A DNA stretch of 37,605 bases from a virus. Lineage: Duplodnaviria > Caudoviricetes. Location of the stretch: positions 1-37,605 of IMG/VR virus record IMGVR_UViG_3300025671_000187; one strand, given 5' to 3'. Both the position numbers and the translations under genes were made by a program. The notes under the pieces are model-generated. The model worked only from the letters and a program-made list of their open reading frames with translations, ran no database searches and was not told the DNA's origin. Each line of letters begins with the position of its first letter. Position 1 is the first letter of the stretch. Shown here piece after piece: positions 1 to 9,744 of this stretch.

Positions 1-291
1 ATGGTCACTGGTGTGCAGGAATACACAGAGATCGGAGACGACTACCAGTCGTCCGTCGACAACATCAAGTCGAAGCTCAAGAGTATCAGCAAGATCCGGG
101 GGAGCGACCGGCGTCGTGGCCGCAAAGGCGAGAAGCAGTGGCAGAGCATCATGAAAGAGCTTGAAGACATGTCGCTCGCTGAGAAAAAGGACTTTGTCGA
201 AAGGCACAAAGGCATCCTCGACCAAGCCATCGACCTCGCGAACGAATATTGGGCCGACAAGATGCGGGCCATCCTCGACGAGGTGCTGTGA
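1..291 (+). CDS. Hypothetical virion-associated protein, probably 5'-truncated
   Basis: Open frame from base 1 to TGA at 289-291, which overlaps the next ATG (TGATG coupling). Helical and charged; no motif recognised. Confidence 0.6.
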   Translation: MVTGVQEYTEIGDDYQSSVDNIKSKLKSISKIRGSDRRRGRKGEKQWQSIMKELEDMSLAEKKDFVERHKGILDQAIDLANEYWADKMRAILDEVL

Positions 292-1292
292 TGAACAGGA
301 CAGTAGCACCAACACCAGCGCAGCGCGCCCGCATGCGGGCCATTGTTGCTCGCGAGCGCGAACGGATGATGTCGGAGCGCGGATCACCGACGCCCGCCGC
401 CCCCATCGTTAGTGCGATGCGCCCAGCCATGCAGCGCACACCGATGCAGGCCGCTCGTCAGGCTCAGGACACAAGCACTTCGCTCAACCTTGCGAACCGA
501 GGCCCCGACCCGTTGCGGGCGCAGTATGACGCGGCCATCGACCGGCGCGTAGACGCCGGCCTGAACCACGAGAGGCGCAAAGAGCTGTTCGGCATGGAGA
601 CGGAGGCGCGTGTGGCGCTTGAGGAGCTGCGCCATCGCTATGCGCTCGCGCGCAGGCGTCGTGGCCGGAAGCGCTCATCGCCGCTGGCGCGCTACATCCA
701 AACCTACGGCGCAAAAGCGTCTGGCACCAAGGCAAGCACAAAGTCGCGCAAAGCCACGTTGGCTGCGTTGTGGTCGAAGCTCGATGAACGAGATCGACAG
801 CTCTTGCAGGCGCAGGAGATGCCCCCCGCGTCGTGGTCGCCGGAAATGGACTACAGCCAGCGGCTTGCGAAAATCAAGGCAGAGGCCCCGGTCGTGAAAG
901 CAGGGCTCGATGCTGCTGGTCGGCGCGAGGCCCGTGAGGCTGATCTTCGGATGCAGGCGCAGAAAGACGCCACGCGCCGCGCAGAGCTGAAAGCGAGCGC
1001 CCGCGCCAAGCTGGCGACCGAAATGGGCAAACTGCTGCAAACCGATCAGGTCGATAAGATGCTTGGCGAGGTCGACTCCATCTTGGACTCCTACGCTGGA
1101 GCCTCCGTTCCCCCTGCGGCCGCTGGCCCCAGCTCTGGTGGTGCGCTTCCGGTCATGATCGAGGGTGCGGGTCGCGGGGAAGTGACGCCCGACGGTATTC
1201 TGTTCTTCAACGGAACGCGGATGGCCGGCACCCATCTGGGCGCTTATGAGGCAGCCCGTGCCGGCACCACATACAGCGGGCCTGATGGATGA
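291..1292 (+). CDS. Hypothetical protein, possible internal virion/ejection protein
   Basis: ATG at 291 (in-frame GTG at 288) coupled to the upstream stop; Ala/Arg-rich helical protein; stop overlaps the next start (ATGA). Function inferred from position only. Confidence 0.55.
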   Translation: MNRTVAPTPAQRARMRAIVARERERMMSERGSPTPAAPIVSAMRPAMQRTPMQAARQAQDTSTSLNLANRGPDPLRAQYDAAIDRRVDAGLNHERRKELFGMETEARVALEELRHRYALARRRRGRKRSSPLARYIQTYGAKASGTKASTKSRKATLAALWSKLDERDRQLLQAQEMPPASWSPEMDYSQRLAKIKAEAPVVKAGLDAAGRREAREADLRMQAQKDATRRAELKASARAKLATEMGKLLQTDQVDKMLGEVDSILDSYAGASVPPAAAGPSSGGALPVMIEGAGRGEVTPDGILFFNGTRMAGTHLGAYEAARAGTTYSGPDG

Positions 1293-4200
1293 GCGACAAG
1301 CTGCCGTCATGGATGAAGCCTGCGGACGATGAGGAGCAAGCGCCCAAGGGGCAGGCGCTTCCCTCGTGGATGAAGCCTGCGGACACAGTGCCGCCACCGG
1401 ACCTTCCGGTCACACCGAAGTTGCCCTCATGGATGGAGCCGGAAGGGCAGGCCGATCCACCCATCTACGAGCTACGCGAGCAGATTGACACCCCGCTCAT
1501 CGAGGGCGGCGACATGGCCAACAACGCTCTGTTCCGCGCCACCGCCTATGTTGGTGGTGGCGAGTTCGCGCGCGGCTCGACGGAGCAGAGGCTTGGCCCG
1601 ATCAGCAGGCGGCAGGGCACCTACATGCAGCTCAAGCCCGGCGAGTCGGTGGTCGAGGCTGACCGACGCCTGCGGCTGGCTCGTGCCAAGGGCGAGGTGC
1701 AGAGCAGCTTTACGAGCTTGATGGACAAGGAGGCGTTCAGGGCATCAGCAGAGCGCGGCGGCGGTTTGATCTCTCGCCCAGCGATGGGCGAGGACACGGC
1801 TTGGGGTGCGCTGCGCGAGTGGCCGTTCTTCCAGTTCGCGGCCAACGTTGCTGGCGGTGTCTACGGGCTGTTCGGCTCCGTCGTCACAGCGCCGTTCATG
1901 GGCGCGATGGTTGCCTCTAAGGAGGTGGCGAACGCTGCGGCGGCCATCACCTACAGGGTCACAGCGGACGATGCAGAGCTGCGCCACGCGCGGAACACGC
2001 TTGAGCACGGGGCTTTGTCGTCCGACGCAGAGCTGGAGCGTTTGGCCGCGCGGGCCAAGTTTGGAGCCACCGCCTTTGTGCAGGGGCTCAACCCAGCCAT
2101 CACGGCGGCGGTGGTCGCGCCGGAAGGGGAAAAGGGAGCGGCCGTTGCGGAAGCCCTGTTCGAGTACCCGGTCGAGTCTTTGCTTCCGCTGGCGGCTTTG
2201 GGCCGCAAGTTCATGACCGTCGGCGGCAAGACGCAGACGTTCCATGTGGAGATTGGCAGCACGAAGATGCCTGACGGCACTGTCGGGCCGTCGGTCAATA
2301 TGGACGTGCCGCTTCGCAAAGGGTCGACCTTCCAGAAGTTCAAGAAGGGTCGCGAGCTGTCGGATGCGGAACTGGCCGAGGTGCGCCGGGCCGCTGAGTC
2401 CGGTGTGCTTGACGTGGGCGATGGTGACTCCGGGCAAATCCGGCATGACGTTGACCTGAGCAAGGTCGTCGACGGTGCTGTCGTGACGCGAACGATCGTC
2501 TACCCGGAGGAGTTCAAGCTGAACCGGCTTGGCGAGGCGGCCTTCAACCTTCTCGGCCTTGCGGACACTGGCGTCAGCAAGGCGACGCGCGGGTTCGTCA
2601 AGACGGACACTCCTCGAGTGGTTCAGTGGGCGCTGTTCGATGTTGCTGACCCGTACCGCACGCTGTCGGCCACGCTGTCGGAGCAGGTCAAGTCAGACAT
2701 CAAGCTCGACCCCCGCTTCAAAGAGGTCATCGGGGAGATCACAAAGATCGGCAAGCGCAAGGGCGACACGCCGATCACCGACGAGTTCCGCGCCAAGCAC
2801 GAGGAAATGTTCGGCTCTCAGTACCCGCCCGACAGCGACCAGCGTCGGGCTGAGGCTTTGTCTACCGTCGACATCGTTCGGGCGATGGAGGGCTCGTTCA
2901 CGCGCCACAAAGGTGGCGGGACATACGACGCGAAGCGGGAAAGCGGGCTAAGCGTCACGGTGCAGTCAGTCGTACCCATCGGCAACAGCAAGCAGGGCCG
3001 CTCGCGCATCTTCGAGCACCTGCAAGAGAGCATTGGGCTTACGCCAGATGAGGCGAAGGTGGCCGTTGGGCTGATGGAGCCCATGATCCCCCGCATAATG
3101 GAGCTGGCCAAGCGGACAAGGGAAGCTGGCGGGAAGCTGCAAGACGCGGACTTGGAGGGCATCCCCGGAATAGTTCAGGCGATGGATGACGCAGCCATGC
3201 TGTCGCTGGCGGAGGCGGACCCGCAGTTCCGCAAGGCTTTGTCGGAGGCGCGCTATGTCGCCGGGGCCTACGCTTTTATTGCCAGCCGCATGGAGAAGTC
3301 GCTCAAGTCGATGAGCAACAAGGAGAAGCAGGTCTGGAAGCAGGCGCTGTTGCGGCGCATCGACAGGACGCGACGCGGCGTGGCTTGGGACGAGTACGTC
3401 AACCTGAGCTTTGAAAGCACCGACGCGCTAAACATGACCGTGAAGTACCGCCCGATCAGCGACGCAGAGCTAAACGGACGCTTCAAGCGGGCTCTGGTGG
3501 CGATGAGGGAGTACCAGCGGTCGAGCGGCGACGAGCTGGCGGAGCTGCCCGTCTCAGACATCGGCGTGCTTGAGCAGCAGACCTTCATCGAGCAGTTCAA
3601 GAAACACCTCAAGCGCATGGCTGAGGTCGAAGACCTCGAGGGGCAAGCGAAGGTCGACGCCATTTCGGCCAGAGTTTTATTCGCGCTGCGCACCGACTGG
3701 TCATATCGGGTGCAGTCCTCGCCGGAGTCGCCACGCACCGCCAAGGTCTTCGCAGAGCTGATGTCTGACCCGACCAGCAAGATGTCTCGGTTCCGTAAGG
3801 CGCTGGTGGACTTGCAAATCGACATCGCGAGCAAGATGGGTGTCGACCCGGCCATCATCGCCGACAGCTTCGACAGCTACATCAGCAGGGCGCTGTACGA
3901 TGGCATGCTGAGCGCGGAGGACACTTTCGCGCGACTCGGCATGCCGGGTGTCATGGGGCGGAAGTCGCGTCAAGAGGGCCGCTTCCGGCGACGACGCACG
4001 GACACAGAGTGGGAGGAGCAGCTTCGCGATTGGGCCATCGCTGGGGAGATCCAAGCCGAGACGGTGCTCTACAACACAGCCGAACAGCTCCTGCTGCTTT
4101 CTGGCCAGATGCGCTATTGGGACGGCATGTGGCGCATGCTCAACAAGTCCGGCCTCGCTTCGGAGGAGTACCGACCCGGCTACATGAAGATCGCCACGAC

Positions 4201-6232
4201 AAAGGTGGCCGGCAAGGACCGGGCGGCGAGTAGCGACCCGTACAACTTTCTGTTCGGCACGATGGCCGGCAAATACATCGACCCGCGCATCGCTCGCCAA
4301 CTCAAGCTGGACGAGGCCATGCTCAAGCGGGCACCCGTGGTGATGCGCATCTGGAAGTTGCTCAAGACGGCCTACAACCCGCCCGGCTACCACATGCGCA
4401 ACCACATCGGCGACACCAACAACATCATGTCGCGCGCAGACCTTGGCCTGTCGGAGTACCGGTCGTTCTTCAAGCGCGGGCACAACATGGTTTCGCGAGC
4501 ACGACACGGTCAGATCGTCGGGCTGGACCGCAGCAAGGTGTCCCCCATGATGAAGGAGGCCATCGACGCCGGTCTGATCGACCCCGACGCCGCGACGCCG
4601 CGCATCACTGGCGACATGGACAACATCACCGAGGCCGGGATTCGTCTCGGTGACATCCTCGACAGGTACACCCCTGATGAGGACGCGCTCGTCGAAATGG
4701 AGAAGGTGGGCTCCGCGCTGCTACACCTGCGCCTGATGAAGACCCTGCCGGAGCGCATCAAGGGCATGCCAAAGAAGGCGCGGGACTCCGCCCAGCGCAT
4801 CATTGATGCAGCCGTCGAGGTCGAGCAGAAGCAGCAGGAGGGCAAGATCGTCAGGACCACGCTGTGGACGCGGGGTGCGGCAGCTCTCGAGCAGGTTTAT
4901 GAGGAGCTGCTGGACACGTCCATCGCTCGCATGACGCGAGCGCAAGAGGATGCCCGGCGCATGACGGCGTACATCATCGCCCGCGAGAAGCTGTCCATGA
5001 CGCCAGCCGAGGCCACACGGTGGACGCTCGACACCCTGCACGACTACAGCGACAAGCCGTCGTGGATGGCCTCGATGCAGTCCGGCCGGTTCACCGGCAT
5101 GATCGCTCCACCCTTCCTGACCTACGGCTACAAGCAGCCAGCGCTCGTCATGCGCACGGCCATCAACAAGCACGTCCGCTTCCTCACCATGCGCGCGATG
5201 ACCGAGGGCATGACCTCGTGGCTTGAGCACAGCTACCTCGACAGCGCCGACTCGCGAGCTGAGGACGAGGCGAACCGCATGTCGCTGGCGCTGGCGCAGA
5301 TGGCTGCGCTTACACCTGCCGGCCACCACCGCTTCTTCGTCGCCTCTGCCCGCGAGCTAGCTGACGCGCTGGAGGACGTTGGAGCGCCGAAGGGGTTTGT
5401 CAGGGCGACCCGCGAAGGGGATGTCGCGTACAGCCTGAGCCTTCGCGACATCGGGAACCTGTCGAACTCTGTGCTGGACTTCGATCCAAGCGGTGGCGCG
5501 CTGCGCGTGCTGGCCCGCCAAAACCCGTTTACGCGAGCGACATTCACGCTACTGGACCCTGACCTTCAAGACCCCGTCTCGTTCACGATGGTCGACCCGG
5601 CGCGGACAGACGGCCTCGAGTGGCACGCCCATGTCACGTCGATGCTTGCGTCCATGTTTGTGCCGTTCTTTACGATGGCGAGGGAGGGTAAGGCTGCCTT
5701 CGACATCGTCACGGAGGCGTCGGGGGGTAAGCAAATCGCCCGCAACAAGCGTGGTGGTCGGCTCGGCACCCTGACAGCGATGCGTCCGTTTGCACAGGTT
5801 GCGCGCGTCAGCCCTCTCGACCACGTCGACATCACGATGCGCCTGCTCGCACGCATGCGCGGCCAGAAGACTGACCTTGCGCGCCGCCACGCTACCTTCA
5901 TCGGCAAGATAGACCCGTCCACTGATGAGGGGAGAAGGGATTTGCAGCGAGCGAAGATCAACTATGCCTTCCGAACGGTGTGGACGACGATGCGCATGCT
6001 GGAAATGCTCAAGGGATCTGGAACCATGAGAAAGGAGTCTCAGAAGTTGCGAGAGGCGTACACAAAGACGATGCGCAGGTTCGAGGCTGGAGAGGCCGTG
6101 GACGATGACAGCCTCTGGCAGGGCAACGCGGACTTGCGCGAGCGCTTCTACCAACTATACGATGCCGCCGCTGGCACCTTTTCCGACTACCTCAGAGGCA
6201 TGGATGGCATGGGAACGACCGAAGAACGCTGA
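1289..6232 (+). CDS. Large (1647 aa) putative internal virion / DNA-ejection protein
   Basis: Long helical ORF upstream of tail-fibre and lysis genes. C-terminal half (WKLLKTAYNPPGYHMRNHIGD, TLHDYS...PFLTY) resembles large podovirus ejection proteins. Three N-terminal LPSWM(K/E)P repeats. Confidence 0.6.
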   Translation: MSDKLPSWMKPADDEEQAPKGQALPSWMKPADTVPPPDLPVTPKLPSWMEPEGQADPPIYELREQIDTPLIEGGDMANNALFRATAYVGGGEFARGSTEQRLGPISRRQGTYMQLKPGESVVEADRRLRLARAKGEVQSSFTSLMDKEAFRASAERGGGLISRPAMGEDTAWGALREWPFFQFAANVAGGVYGLFGSVVTAPFMGAMVASKEVANAAAAITYRVTADDAELRHARNTLEHGALSSDAELERLAARAKFGATAFVQGLNPAITAAVVAPEGEKGAAVAEALFEYPVESLLPLAALGRKFMTVGGKTQTFHVEIGSTKMPDGTVGPSVNMDVPLRKGSTFQKFKKGRELSDAELAEVRRAAESGVLDVGDGDSGQIRHDVDLSKVVDGAVVTRTIVYPEEFKLNRLGEAAFNLLGLADTGVSKATRGFVKTDTPRVVQWALFDVADPYRTLSATLSEQVKSDIKLDPRFKEVIGEITKIGKRKGDTPITDEFRAKHEEMFGSQYPPDSDQRRAEALSTVDIVRAMEGSFTRHKGGGTYDAKRESGLSVTVQSVVPIGNSKQGRSRIFEHLQESIGLTPDEAKVAVGLMEPMIPRIMELAKRTREAGGKLQDADLEGIPGIVQAMDDAAMLSLAEADPQFRKALSEARYVAGAYAFIASRMEKSLKSMSNKEKQVWKQALLRRIDRTRRGVAWDEYVNLSFESTDALNMTVKYRPISDAELNGRFKRALVAMREYQRSSGDELAELPVSDIGVLEQQTFIEQFKKHLKRMAEVEDLEGQAKVDAISARVLFALRTDWSYRVQSSPESPRTAKVFAELMSDPTSKMSRFRKALVDLQIDIASKMGVDPAIIADSFDSYISRALYDGMLSAEDTFARLGMPGVMGRKSRQEGRFRRRRTDTEWEEQLRDWAIAGEIQAETVLYNTAEQLLLLSGQMRYWDGMWRMLNKSGLASEEYRPGYMKIATTKVAGKDRAASSDPYNFLFGTMAGKYIDPRIARQLKLDEAMLKRAPVVMRIWKLLKTAYNPPGYHMRNHIGDTNNIMSRADLGLSEYRSFFKRGHNMVSRARHGQIVGLDRSKVSPMMKEAIDAGLIDPDAATPRITGDMDNITEAGIRLGDILDRYTPDEDALVEMEKVGSALLHLRLMKTLPERIKGMPKKARDSAQRIIDAAVEVEQKQQEGKIVRTTLWTRGAAALEQVYEELLDTSIARMTRAQEDARRMTAYIIAREKLSMTPAEATRWTLDTLHDYSDKPSWMASMQSGRFTGMIAPPFLTYGYKQPALVMRTAINKHVRFLTMRAMTEGMTSWLEHSYLDSADSRAEDEANRMSLALAQMAALTPAGHHRFFVASARELADALEDVGAPKGFVRATREGDVAYSLSLRDIGNLSNSVLDFDPSGGALRVLARQNPFTRATFTLLDPDLQDPVSFTMVDPARTDGLEWHAHVTSMLASMFVPFFTMAREGKAAFDIVTEASGGKQIARNKRGGRLGTLTAMRPFAQVARVSPLDHVDITMRLLARMRGQKTDLARRHATFIGKIDPSTDEGRRDLQRAKINYAFRTVWTTMRMLEMLKGSGTMRKESQKLREAYTKTMRRFEAGEAVDDDSLWQGNADLRERFYQLYDAAAGTFSDYLRGMDGMGTTEER

Positions 6233-6557
6233 GCAGCTTGCTGAGGACATCCGCGACATGACTCGCGACCCCGTCCGCTTCGGCGCGTTCATCAAGTCGA
6301 ACCCCGTCCGCGCGGCTCTCCAGTCGCTGTGGCGACAGGGCACAAACGCCTGCATGGACGTGCGGCTGGTCGCGAGCTACGCGATCTACGCCACCATGCG
6401 CCTCGACCAAGAGAACCTTGACCGGCAGCGCGAGAGCATGAACCTCGAGCTGCGCGTCAAGGAGCTGGAGAAGCAGCTCGAGTCAATCAAGTCCGGCAGC
6501 AAGCCGGCCAAAAAGGCCGCGACGCGGCGTCGGACGCAGAAAGCGTCAGGAGAGTGA
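6204..6557 (+). CDS. Hypothetical protein with C-terminal coiled coil
   Basis: ATG 6204 (MAWERPKN) preceded by AGAGG; stop lies 1 nt before the next ATG. Confidence 0.6.
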   Translation: MAWERPKNAEQLAEDIRDMTRDPVRFGAFIKSNPVRAALQSLWRQGTNACMDVRLVASYAIYATMRLDQENLDRQRESMNLELRVKELEKQLESIKSGSKPAKKAATRRRTQKASGE

Positions 6558-6558
6558 A

Positions 6559-7371
6559 ATGAGTGGCAGCCTGTTCCTCACCGAAGCAGAAAAGGTGCTG
6601 AATCCGAACTACATGGCGTACCTGTCATCGAAGCTCGGCAGCCACATCCTCCCAGTCCATCGCGTCCACTCGGCCAACGTGTCCGACCTTGCGGCTGGCG
6701 CGCCGCAGACCGTCGACGGTGGGTCGGTGTCGCTCGAGGAGCGCATCCTCGTCGCGGGCCAGACCGACAAGTCGGAGAACGGTGTCTACGTTGTCGACGT
6801 AGTCGGCACCGGCAGCAACGGCTCGTGGACCCGCGCGAAGGACATGGAGGCCGGCGACATTCTGAGCCCCGCCTCGATCATCGTCGTCCACGAGGGCTCG
6901 ACGATGGCCGACGCTGTGTTCAAGTCGACGAACCTCGTGAACAAGACGGTGGGCACCGACGACATCGAGTTCGAGAACATCGAGCCCCGGCAGCTTGGCG
7001 TGCCGAACATCGCCGGCATCGAGAACAACGCCTACCTGCCGTTTGAGATCGAGATCGCCACCAGCGGTGCTGGAAGCGCGAACGTGGACGTGTCGGTCCC
7101 CGTCGACTGCGAGGTCACGGATGTCCGCGTGGTCAAGCTCGCCCTCACGGGTGGAGCGAGCGACACGGTGCGCATCATCAACGGCACCGGCTCGGACTAC
7201 ATCACCGACGCGATGTCGCTCAACACCGTGACGGCTGGCGGGATCGTGCGTCCCTCCTCGCTGGACCAGAGCCACGTCGCGCTCTCCGCTGGTGACACGC
7301 TGCGTGGCACCTTCACGGAGGGCACGGATGACTGTCAGGCCAAGGTGACGGTCGTCTGCAAGCCGCTGTAG
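6559..7371 (+). CDS. Tail fibre/structural protein
   Basis: ERILVAGQTDKSENGVYVV...GSWTRAKD matches the xRVLVKNQTxxxQNGIYV...WxRAxD motif common in phage tail-fibre N-termini; beta-rich C-terminus; SD AGGAG. Confidence 0.7.
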   Translation: MSGSLFLTEAEKVLNPNYMAYLSSKLGSHILPVHRVHSANVSDLAAGAPQTVDGGSVSLEERILVAGQTDKSENGVYVVDVVGTGSNGSWTRAKDMEAGDILSPASIIVVHEGSTMADAVFKSTNLVNKTVGTDDIEFENIEPRQLGVPNIAGIENNAYLPFEIEIATSGAGSANVDVSVPVDCEVTDVRVVKLALTGGASDTVRIINGTGSDYITDAMSLNTVTAGGIVRPSSLDQSHVALSAGDTLRGTFTEGTDDCQAKVTVVCKPL

Positions 7372-7378
7372 GTGAACC

Positions 7379-7708
7379 ATGCCTGAGCCATCCGCGACAA
7401 GGTTATCCATGTCGATGAAGGAGGTGGTTCAGGTGCTCGTGCTGGCCGTAGGGCTTGGCGCGAGCACAGTGACCACCTCCAGCAACGTCACAAAGGCCGC
7501 CAACGACATCGGCAAGTCCGTCTCGGCGCTCGAGAAGGACGTGCGCGAGGTCCGTGTGCGCACCGAAGGCGTGGCGAAGGACTACGCGCGGATCGAGCGA
7601 CAGGTCGAGCTGCTGGGCGCTGAAATGCGCGACCTGTCCACTGCCGTGGCGGCTTTGAAGGCCAGCACAAACGAGCCGGTCAAGCACTCGGGGCGAGGCA
7701 GGAAGTGA
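7379..7708 (+). CDS. Membrane-anchored coiled-coil protein (holin-like lysis protein)
   Basis: One hydrophobic segment (VVQVLVLAVGLGA) followed by a heptad coiled coil; directly upstream of the endolysin. Confidence 0.5.
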   Translation: MPEPSATRLSMSMKEVVQVLVLAVGLGASTVTTSSNVTKAANDIGKSVSALEKDVREVRVRTEGVAKDYARIERQVELLGAEMRDLSTAVAALKASTNEPVKHSGRGRK

Positions 7709-8238
7709 TCGACGCCCGTGACCTACAGGCCGTGTTCGACGACATGGGCATCCGCTACTTCAAGGCCCGTCGCTACCTGCGGCTCTCGAAGACGGGGGTT
7801 GTCGAGGAGCTGCCGGATGACTTCTTGCCGGCGACGAAGCTAGTCGTTCAATACGCCGACGCACTCCGCGAGTTGCATGGCAGCGCCATCATCTGCGGCA
7901 ACGGCTACCGTCCGGTCGACTACAACGAGCGCGTCGGTGGTTCGAAGAACAGCGCGCACATCCGTGGTGCAGCGATGGACCTCGACCCGACACGGGGCCA
8001 CAGCGACTTCGCCCTGCTGTGCGCTCGAGCGTGGCTCGGGACGAAGCGGATGCACGGGCTCGGTGTCTACAACCGGCGTGTCCACATTGACGTGGATCAT
8101 GACGGCAGCGTCGGCAAGCGCGCATGGCCTCGCAGGTGGGTTCCCAGCAGCAAGCTGGCCCGCCTTCTACGCAAGGCCAAGAAGCTGGGAGCCATCGACC
8201 TCGACGCCCACATCCGTGGGGACAGCGTCGTGGCGTAG
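7705..8238 (+). CDS. Endolysin, peptidase M15A (YcbK/Peptidase_M15_3-like zinc peptidase)
   Basis: GYRPVDYNERVGGSKNSAHIRGAAMDL and GLGVYNRRVHIDV contain the SxHxxGxAxD and HxD zinc-ligand motifs; GTG start overlaps the upstream stop. Confidence 0.85.
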   Translation: MIDARDLQAVFDDMGIRYFKARRYLRLSKTGVVEELPDDFLPATKLVVQYADALRELHGSAIICGNGYRPVDYNERVGGSKNSAHIRGAAMDLDPTRGHSDFALLCARAWLGTKRMHGLGVYNRRVHIDVDHDGSVGKRAWPRRWVPSSKLARLLRKAKKLGAIDLDAHIRGDSVVA

Positions 8239-8247
8239 GAGCGAATC

Positions 8248-8502
8248 ATGGAACAGACCATCGTCGGCATCTACGATGCCATCCCCGACAACGCCAAGCC
8301 GTATGTGATGCTGGCCCTGCTGCTGGTGGTGACGCTCGTTCACGGCCTCGCTGCGTTTGGCGTGCCGACGAAGGGCGCAGCTCGCCATGTCGGCAAGGCG
8401 CTGAACATCATCGCCGGCAACTACGGCAAGACGCCCAACAAGGCCGACGGTGATGATGATGACGAGCCCTCGTTGGCCGGCGTCCGTCGCCCTCGACGAT
8501 GA
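8248..8502 (+). CDS. Putative holin / small membrane protein
   Basis: Hydrophobic helix YVMLALLLVVTLVHGLAAFGV with a charged C-tail; lies between endolysin and spanins; SD AGGAG. Confidence 0.55.
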   Translation: MEQTIVGIYDAIPDNAKPYVMLALLLVVTLVHGLAAFGVPTKGAARHVGKALNIIAGNYGKTPNKADGDDDDEPSLAGVRRPRR

Positions 8503-8876
8503 GCATCATCAGGGCAGTCGCCAGCCTGCTCGAGGCTCTGACGCTTTGGCTGCGCCATCGCATCAAGCTCGAGAGCGAGCAGGTAGAGCGTCAGCGCAAG
8601 CAGGACTACTTCCTGTTGCTCAGGAGAAGGGACGATGCACTTGCTGTGGGCGATGCGGTGGAGCTTGCTGCCCTTGACGCTATGCTGCGTGACCGCATGC
8701 GGGCAGAAGAAGGCCCCCTCCCCGACCCCGAAGACGGTGGTGGTCGAGAAGGGGGCCTTGTACCTGACGGAGACTCACGTCTGCCTATCGAAGCGACAGT
8801 ACCGGGAGTCGCGAGCCGACATGGAGGCTTGCGTGTCGGCTCTCACGGCGTGTCGCCGTTGAGAGAGCGGTTGTAA
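8499..8876 (+). CDS. Putative inner-membrane spanin (Rz-like)
   Basis: Weak N-terminal hydrophobic segment then a helical region; fully contains a lipoprotein ORF in another frame. Confidence 0.45.
   Translation: MSIIRAVASLLEALTLWLRHRIKLESEQVERQRKQDYFLLLRRRDDALAVGDAVELAALDAMLRDRMRAEEGPLPDPEDGGGREGGLVPDGDSRLPIEATVPGVASRHGGLRVGSHGVSPLRERL
8653..8862 (+). CDS. Putative outer-membrane spanin lipoprotein (Rz1-like), nested gene
   Basis: MRWSLLPLTLCCVTA|CG signal peptide with lipobox, Pro-rich linker and further Cys residues; in the +1 frame of 8499-8876. Confidence 0.65.
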   Translation: MRWSLLPLTLCCVTACGQKKAPSPTPKTVVVEKGALYLTETHVCLSKRQYRESRADMEACVSALTACRR

Positions 8877-8897
8877 AGCATCTGCTTTGGTCTTCTC

Positions 8898-8943
8898 AAA
8901 AAATCGCCCGCCCGGCCACGCCTCGCCGTGCGACCGGGCGGGC
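8898..8943 (-). terminator. Intrinsic terminator at the convergence of late and early/middle transcripts
   Basis: 10-bp stem GCCCGCCCGG/CCGGGCGGGC (8906-8915/8934-8943) with inner CACG/CGTG pairing; A6 at 8898-8903 is a U-tract on the - strand. Confidence 0.65.
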
Positions 8944-8994
8944 TGCACCTACCCAGCGCCCGCGCTCGACGGGTTGGGTTGGGTGGTCTGGTAA

Positions 8995-9360
8995 TCATCT
9001 CATCCTCGCGAGGACAGCGAGCGCATAGGCCCGCCCGTGTTGCGGGTCATGCAGCGCACGCGACCCGGTGGCGTAGGCTCGCAGGGCGCACTCGATGTCC
9101 CCGCCGCATCGCCGACGCCAGCGCCGCAGGATGCGGACGCCCTCGAGCCGCCCGATGGCGGGGATGTGCAGCGCCCAGCTCGGCCAGCGTGAGTAGCGCC
9201 GCGCGACCTGCATGAGCCCGGAGCAGCAGGCGTTTTTCGCCATCGTGTGGCCCCGGCTCTCGACGTGGACGATGGCCTCGACCAGCCCGGCGGGCAGGTC
9301 CGGGGTCGGTGGCGTCCAGTGCCACGACAGGGCGGTGAGTAGGACAAGGGTGGTCATCAT
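8995..9360 (-). CDS. Lytic transglycosylase (SLT domain) with N-terminal hydrophobic signal
   Basis: AIVHVESRG (catalytic ES), GLMQV and ALRAYATG (AYNAG-like) motifs; SD AAGGAG. Confidence 0.8.
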   Translation of the reverse strand: MMTTLVLLTALSWHWTPPTPDLPAGLVEAIVHVESRGHTMAKNACCSGLMQVARRYSRWPSWALHIPAIGRLEGVRILRRWRRRCGGDIECALRAYATGSRALHDPQHGRAYALAVLARMR

Positions 9361-9378
9361 GCTCTGCTCCTTGCGGTG

Positions 9379-9741
9379 CTACCGCTTGTCTCCGGCAAGA
9401 CGCTTGCGCTGCTCACGCAGTTGCCTGCGCTCACGACGAAGCTGCCTCGCTTGTTCCTGCTCGTTCTTCCACTCAACGAACAGTCTCATGCGTTCCTTGG
9501 CCACCTCATACGAGCTGGTCAGGTCTTCGGATGCGCACTCCAACGCCCTGCACATTTCGCGGATGCGCGCGAGTTGCGGGGCTCTGGTTCCGTTCTCGTA
9601 CCTGCTGATGGTGACGCGGCCTGTCCGATCCTCCATCCCAAGCTCTGCGGCAAGCTCGGCCTGCGTCATGAGCCGCGCCTCGCGCAGCTCCCGCAACCGA
9701 GTGCCGTCGAAAACGCGCATGGTCTTTGGTGGTTTCGCCAT
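9379..9741 (-). CDS. XRE-family HTH transcriptional regulator
   Basis: RLRELREARLMTQAELAAELG...TISRYENGTRAP matches the HTH_3 pattern; C-terminal coiled coil. Confidence 0.85.
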   Translation of the reverse strand: MAKPPKTMRVFDGTRLRELREARLMTQAELAAELGMEDRTGRVTISRYENGTRAPQLARIREMCRALECASEDLTSSYEVAKERMRLFVEWKNEQEQARQLRRERRQLREQRKRLAGDKR

Positions 9742-9744
9742 CCT

